Below are positions 59,033-64,000 of a DNA stretch of 64,000 nucleotides, one piece after another (position 1 is the stretch's first letter; every line of letters starts with the position of its first letter). The notes under the pieces are model-generated. The model did no database searches. It was not told where the DNA came from and saw only the letters and a program-made list of their open reading frames with translations. The translations under genes and the position numbers were made by a program. The stretch lies in the NCBI GenBank assembly GCA_031127075.1, contig JARIFA010000004.1, positions 3,390 to 67,389 of the forward strand, read 5' to 3'. The stretch is from Gemmatimonadota bacterium (lineage in GTDB: Bacteria; Gemmatimonadota; Gemmatimonadetes; Gemmatimonadales; Gemmatimonadaceae).

Positions 59033-59623
59033 ATGCTCGGTGAATCCGCGATCACCCTCACCTTCGTCGGCGTCTGGCTCCGCCTCGGCGTGCTCGCCGT
59101 GCTCGCAGCCGCCGTCCCCATCGCGACACTCGCGTGGGCGGTGCGCACCCGTCGGCTCTCGCCCTTCAGCGCCGCCGGACGGGCGGTGCGGCGACTCACC
59201 GACCCGTTGCTCGACCCGCTCGTGCGACGCTTCGGGCGATTCGGCGTCCGCGCGGACACGGCCCCGTGGTGGGGGATCCTTTTCCTCCTCCTCGCCGGCG
59301 CGACGCTGATCGTCCTCCTCGACGTCGTCGGTCAGATGCTCGGTGACCTCTACCTCGCGAGCCAGGGGGTGGGTGACGGATTCCTCCGCCTCATCATCAC
59401 CTGGAGCTTCGAGCTCCTCCGACTCGCGCTGCTCGTCCGCGTCATCGGGAGTTGGTTCGGCTGGGAGCGACACCCCATCGGGCGACTCGCCTGGCGGATG
59501 ACCGAATGGCTGCTCGGCCCCATCCGGCGGAACATGCCGGCCTTCGGCGCGGTCGACCTCTCGCCGATGATCGCTTGGTTCGCGCTCGCGATCGCAGAGC
59601 AGGTGCTGCGATCGGCGTTCTGA
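59033..59623 (+). CDS. YggT family membrane protein (two YggT repeats)
   Basis: RRLTDPLLDPLVRR, RMTEWLLGPIRRNMPAFGAVDLSPMIA. Confidence 0.88.
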   Translation: MLGESAITLTFVGVWLRLGVLAVLAAAVPIATLAWAVRTRRLSPFSAAGRAVRRLTDPLLDPLVRRFGRFGVRADTAPWWGILFLLLAGATLIVLLDVVGQMLGDLYLASQGVGDGFLRLIITWSFELLRLALLVRVIGSWFGWERHPIGRLAWRMTEWLLGPIRRNMPAFGAVDLSPMIAWFALAIAEQVLRSAF

Positions 59624-59693
59624 AGCGGCGACGCCACCCTCCCGTGGGATGCGCCCACGGTGCCGAGCGGCACGGGAGCTGACACCGCGTCCG

Positions 59694-60449
59694 TCACTCC
59701 ACCGCCCCGGGCTGCGCCGCGACCGCGCGCGCCCGCCAGACAAAGAGCCCGACCGCCACGAGCGGGAAGCCGAACAACTGCGCAAGGAACCAGGGTGCAA
59801 CGTCCGCCGGCACGAGACCTCGCAGCAGGTCGTGCAGCCGGACGGCAGCCTCCAACGGTGGCGCGAACATCTTCACCGCATGTGCCGCCATCTCAGGTCC
59901 GTCGAACGGAGATGTCATCGCCTCGAATCCGGCGGGCAGGAGCAGCCATCCGAGCAGGACGACCGCGGCGCCCCGTGATGTCGTGGCCGCCGCGCCAATG
60001 ACGGCGAGTGTGCAGAGCACCGACCACGCGAGCGAAAACAGGCCGAGCGAGATGATCCCGGTCGTCGGGAGCGGGGCCGCCGATCGGAGCCCCGCGAGCG
60101 CGAACACGGCCACGCTCCAGCTCGCCGCGAGGGCGAGGGCGCCGGTGAGCCCGGCGAGCCGCCAGAGGTCCCCAGGCCCCGCACCGGCGCGGGCGAAGAT
60201 CGCGGTCCAGACCGTGGGACGCCGCACGAGGGTGAACGCCCGGCCGACGATTCCGAGTGCGAGGAGCGGCGGCGCATACATCAGGACCGCCGTCCCGAGC
60301 TCCGCCCGCGCCCGGGCCATCAGCGCGACCATCGGAAGGGCGAGGGCCCACGCGAGCACGGTCCGCGGCCACGCCCGCGAGGCGGCGCAGACGAGCAGTG
60401 CGGGACGCCACGAGACGGGGCACCGATCGAGCAGGGGCGCGAGACTCAT
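59694..60449 (-). CDS. Divergent ABC-type permease (multi-TM hypothetical protein)
   Basis: 251 aa, about 6 hydrophobic segments, ATGA overlap with the ABC ATPase. Confidence 0.7.
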   Translation of the reverse strand: MSLAPLLDRCPVSWRPALLVCAASRAWPRTVLAWALALPMVALMARARAELGTAVLMYAPPLLALGIVGRAFTLVRRPTVWTAIFARAGAGPGDLWRLAGLTGALALAASWSVAVFALAGLRSAAPLPTTGIISLGLFSLAWSVLCTLAVIGAAATTSRGAAVVLLGWLLLPAGFEAMTSPFDGPEMAAHAVKMFAPPLEAAVRLHDLLRGLVPADVAPWFLAQLFGFPLVAVGLFVWRARAVAAQPGAVE

Positions 60450-61144
60450 GGGCGCTCCTCCGTGGCGGCGAGGTAGCGGGCGCGCACCTCGAACGCCCCG
60501 AGCGTAGCGGGCGCGAAGAGATCCTGCATCCGTCCGCGCGCGAGGACGAGGATCCGATCCGCCGTCCGGGACAGGAGCTCGAGGTGATGCGAGAGGACGA
60601 GACAGGTGGTGCCACCATCGGCCGCCCACCGCACCGCCTCGCGCATCCGCTCGTTGGCCGAGGGATCGAGCCCCGACTCGGGCTCGTCCAGAACGGCGAG
60701 CCGCGGCCGCAGCCGGAGGGCGAACGCGGCCTGACAGGCCCGCCACTCGCCTTTGGAGAGGTGCGCGATCGACCGATCGAGCACCGGAGCGAGCCGGAGG
60801 ATCCCGGCGAGGGGATGGTCTTCGATCGGTGCCTCGTCGGCGCTCCCGAGCCGGAGGAGATCGCGCGGGGTGATCCGCTCCCACGCACGCGACCCATCTT
60901 CGGCGAGGAAGCCGATGCCGTGCCGCCCGCGGAAGGTCGCGGGCGCGAGGCCGTCGATGCGAATCCGACCGGCGGACGGCGCCGCCGCGCCCAGGATGAG
61001 ACGCGCGAGTGTCGATTTCCCCGCGCCATTCGGCCCCGCGATCCCGAGGATCTCTCCGGGGTCGGCGGTGCAGGTGACGCCGTCGAGGAGGCGCCCTGCG
61101 CGCCCCTCGACGACGACCGCCTCGATGACGAGGCGCCCGCTCAC
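60446..61144 (-). CDS. ABC transporter ATP-binding protein
   Basis: GPNGAGKST, signature LSKGE, VLDEPESGLDP, LSHHLE. Confidence 0.88.
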   Translation of the reverse strand: MSGRLVIEAVVVEGRAGRLLDGVTCTADPGEILGIAGPNGAGKSTLARLILGAAAPSAGRIRIDGLAPATFRGRHGIGFLAEDGSRAWERITPRDLLRLGSADEAPIEDHPLAGILRLAPVLDRSIAHLSKGEWRACQAAFALRLRPRLAVLDEPESGLDPSANERMREAVRWAADGGTTCLVLSHHLELLSRTADRILVLARGRMQDLFAPATLGAFEVRARYLAATEERP

Positions 61145-61401
61145 AGGTTGACGAGCCGCAGCAGCGTCGACGGCACGCAGAGGATGCTGTCCGCCGCGTA
61201 CTTCGCGTAGCAGAGCGACTCCGTGTACCAGGGCTCGTCAATCACGCAGCCGACGAAGACATCGGCCGCTTTGTCGATGCACTGCGCGACGACCTCCGTC
61301 GCCGTCTGGGCGAGGGCGGGGTCGCCGAGGACGGCGAGGGCGACGAGCGCGAGCGGGAGCGGGAGGACGCGGCGCCGGCGTCCGGTGGTGGGATGAGACA
61401 T
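61141..61401 (-). CDS. Small secreted cysteine-rich peptide (C-X10-C-X11-C-X10-C)
   Basis: GGAGA RBS, signal peptide RRRRVLPLPLALVALAVLGDPALA|Q, 55-aa mature part; GTGA overlap with the ABC ATPase. Confidence 0.8.
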   Translation of the reverse strand: MSHPTTGRRRRVLPLPLALVALAVLGDPALAQTATEVVAQCIDKAADVFVGCVIDEPWYTESLCYAKYAADSILCVPSTLLRLVNL

Positions 61402-61567
61402 CGAACGATCTCCGGGTGGATGGATGGGGTGTGGTCATGGTCCGGGCGGTCGGCGTCCACAGCTCCACCGGGGCAGGCACGTCCAGGGCGGAAGCGACGC
61501 GGGGACGATGGCGCTCCGGTCCGCCCCCACCGGCACCCTCCGACCGCACCCCGCATCACCGCGCCGC

Positions 61568-61596
61568 TTGCCATCCGTTCATCCGGATGATAGGTT
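61568..61596 (+). promoter_or_regulatory. Sigma-70 promoter of metF-metH with overlapping palindrome
   Basis: TTGCCA-N17-TAGGTT; the spacer contains TCATCCGGATGA, and CATCC-N8-GGATG overlaps the -35 box. Confidence 0.6.
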
Positions 61597-61611
61597 GAAT
61601 GAGACAACCGT

Positions 61612-61670
61612 TCCCCGTGGCGATTTCGAGGCAACTTGCGGCCACGTAAAACATCCCGCTAAAGCGCCGG
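61612..61670 (+). ncRNA. SAM-II (SAM_alpha) riboswitch aptamer
   Basis: CGTGGC(61616-21)/GCCACG(61641-46) P1, GATTT loop, CTTGCG pairing with CGCTAAAG (pseudoknot); located upstream of metF-metH. Confidence 0.85.
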
Positions 61671-61717
61671 CCCGGTGCGCCTCGAACGCGCCGGGCGTCG
61701 TGCGTCTGGACCCCGCT

Positions 61718-62604
61718 GTGAGCACTCTCGCCCTTCCCGTTCCGTTTCAGGTCTCGTTCGAGTTCTTCCCGCCGAAGTCGGTGGAGATGGAGGAGACCCT
61801 CTGGCGCGCGATCACGCGCCTCGCCCCACTCGGCCCGCGCTTCGTCTCGGTCACATACGGCGCCGGCGGCTCCACCCGCGAGCGCACCCATCACACGGTG
61901 CGACGCCTCCTCAGCGAGACCACGCTCGTCCCCGCCGCGCACCTCACCTGCGTCGCCGCCTCGCGGGGGGAGATCGACGCGGTCGCCGATGACTACTGGG
62001 CGGCAGGCGTGCGGCATCTCGTCGCCCTCCGCGGCGACGTCCCGGCGGGTGGCGCCTACGCGCCGTCGACCGATGGCTATGCCTTCGCGTCGGACCTCGT
62101 GGCCGGACTCCGGAAGCGCCACGACTTCGAGCTGACCGTCGCCGCGTACCCGGAGACGCACCCGGAGGCCGCGTCGCCGCAGGCCGACCTCGACAACCTC
62201 AAGCGGAAGATCGACGCCGGCGCCACGCGGGCGATCACGCAGTTCTTCTTCGACAACTGGACCTACCTCCGCTTCGTCGACCGCGCGCGGAAGGCGGGGA
62301 TCACCGTACCGATCGTCCCGGGGATCATGCCGGTGACGAACTTCACGCAGATGGTGAAGTTCGCCGCCGCGACGGGGGCGACGGTGCCGCCGGCGTTCGC
62401 GCGGATGTTCGACGGGCTCGACCACGACCCGGAGACGCGGAAGCTGGTCGCCGCGACCGTGGCGGCGGAGCAGTGCCAGCAGCTCGCGCAGGCGGGCGTG
62501 ACCGAGTTCCACTTCTACACGCTCAACCGCGCGGACCTCACCTTTGCGCTCTGCCACATCCTCGGCTTGCGACCGCGGCGCGCGACGGACGCGGAGGGCG
62601 CCCG

Positions 62605-62608
<4 letters not shown>
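61718..62608 (+). CDS. metF: 5,10-methylenetetrahydrofolate reductase
   Basis: [52 protein letters not shown]. Start could also be GTG 61700. Confidence 0.97.

Positions 62609-64000
<1,392 letters not shown>

Overview
A very GC-rich, gene-dense bacterial chromosomal segment. Gene content and protein style suggest Gemmatimonadota, which is an inference. About 60 CDSs are supported and most are housekeeping: prfC, msbA/lpxL-like, yebC-ruvCAB-queA-yajC-def-fmt-rsmB-rpe-tlpA-tsaD-lgt, acpS, tamAB-like, pduO-aroB, a sigma-70 factor, glcDEF, ygfZ, a molybdopterin oxidoreductase, an AAA+/VWA pair, a NiCoT transporter, mutY, gltA and metF-metH. I saw no rRNA, tRNA, CRISPR array, transposase or integrase. 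The most notable items are: (1) a translationally coupled three-gene cassette at 59.7-61.4 kb encoding a small secreted twin-CX10C peptide, an ABC ATPase and a divergent permease, a candidate undescribed bacteriocin or signalling-peptide system; (2) a SAM-II-type riboswitch with promoter and operator-like palindrome before an alphaproteobacterial-like metF; (3) a recurrent TAnnnT box 5-8 nt before start codons, suggesting leaderless mRNAs, and in several cases built from the upstream gene's TAG stop; (4) a TonB-dependent-like barrel with a C-terminal LTxxQ (Spy/CpxP-like) extension; (5) a TPR/CsgG-like protein paired with a beta-barrel; (6) small proteins that annotation would easily miss (a 4xCxxC microprotein and an Ala/Pro-rich lipoprotein); (7) a 7-nt-periodic inverted repeat. 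All family assignments come from motif recognition by eye; no database searches were run.
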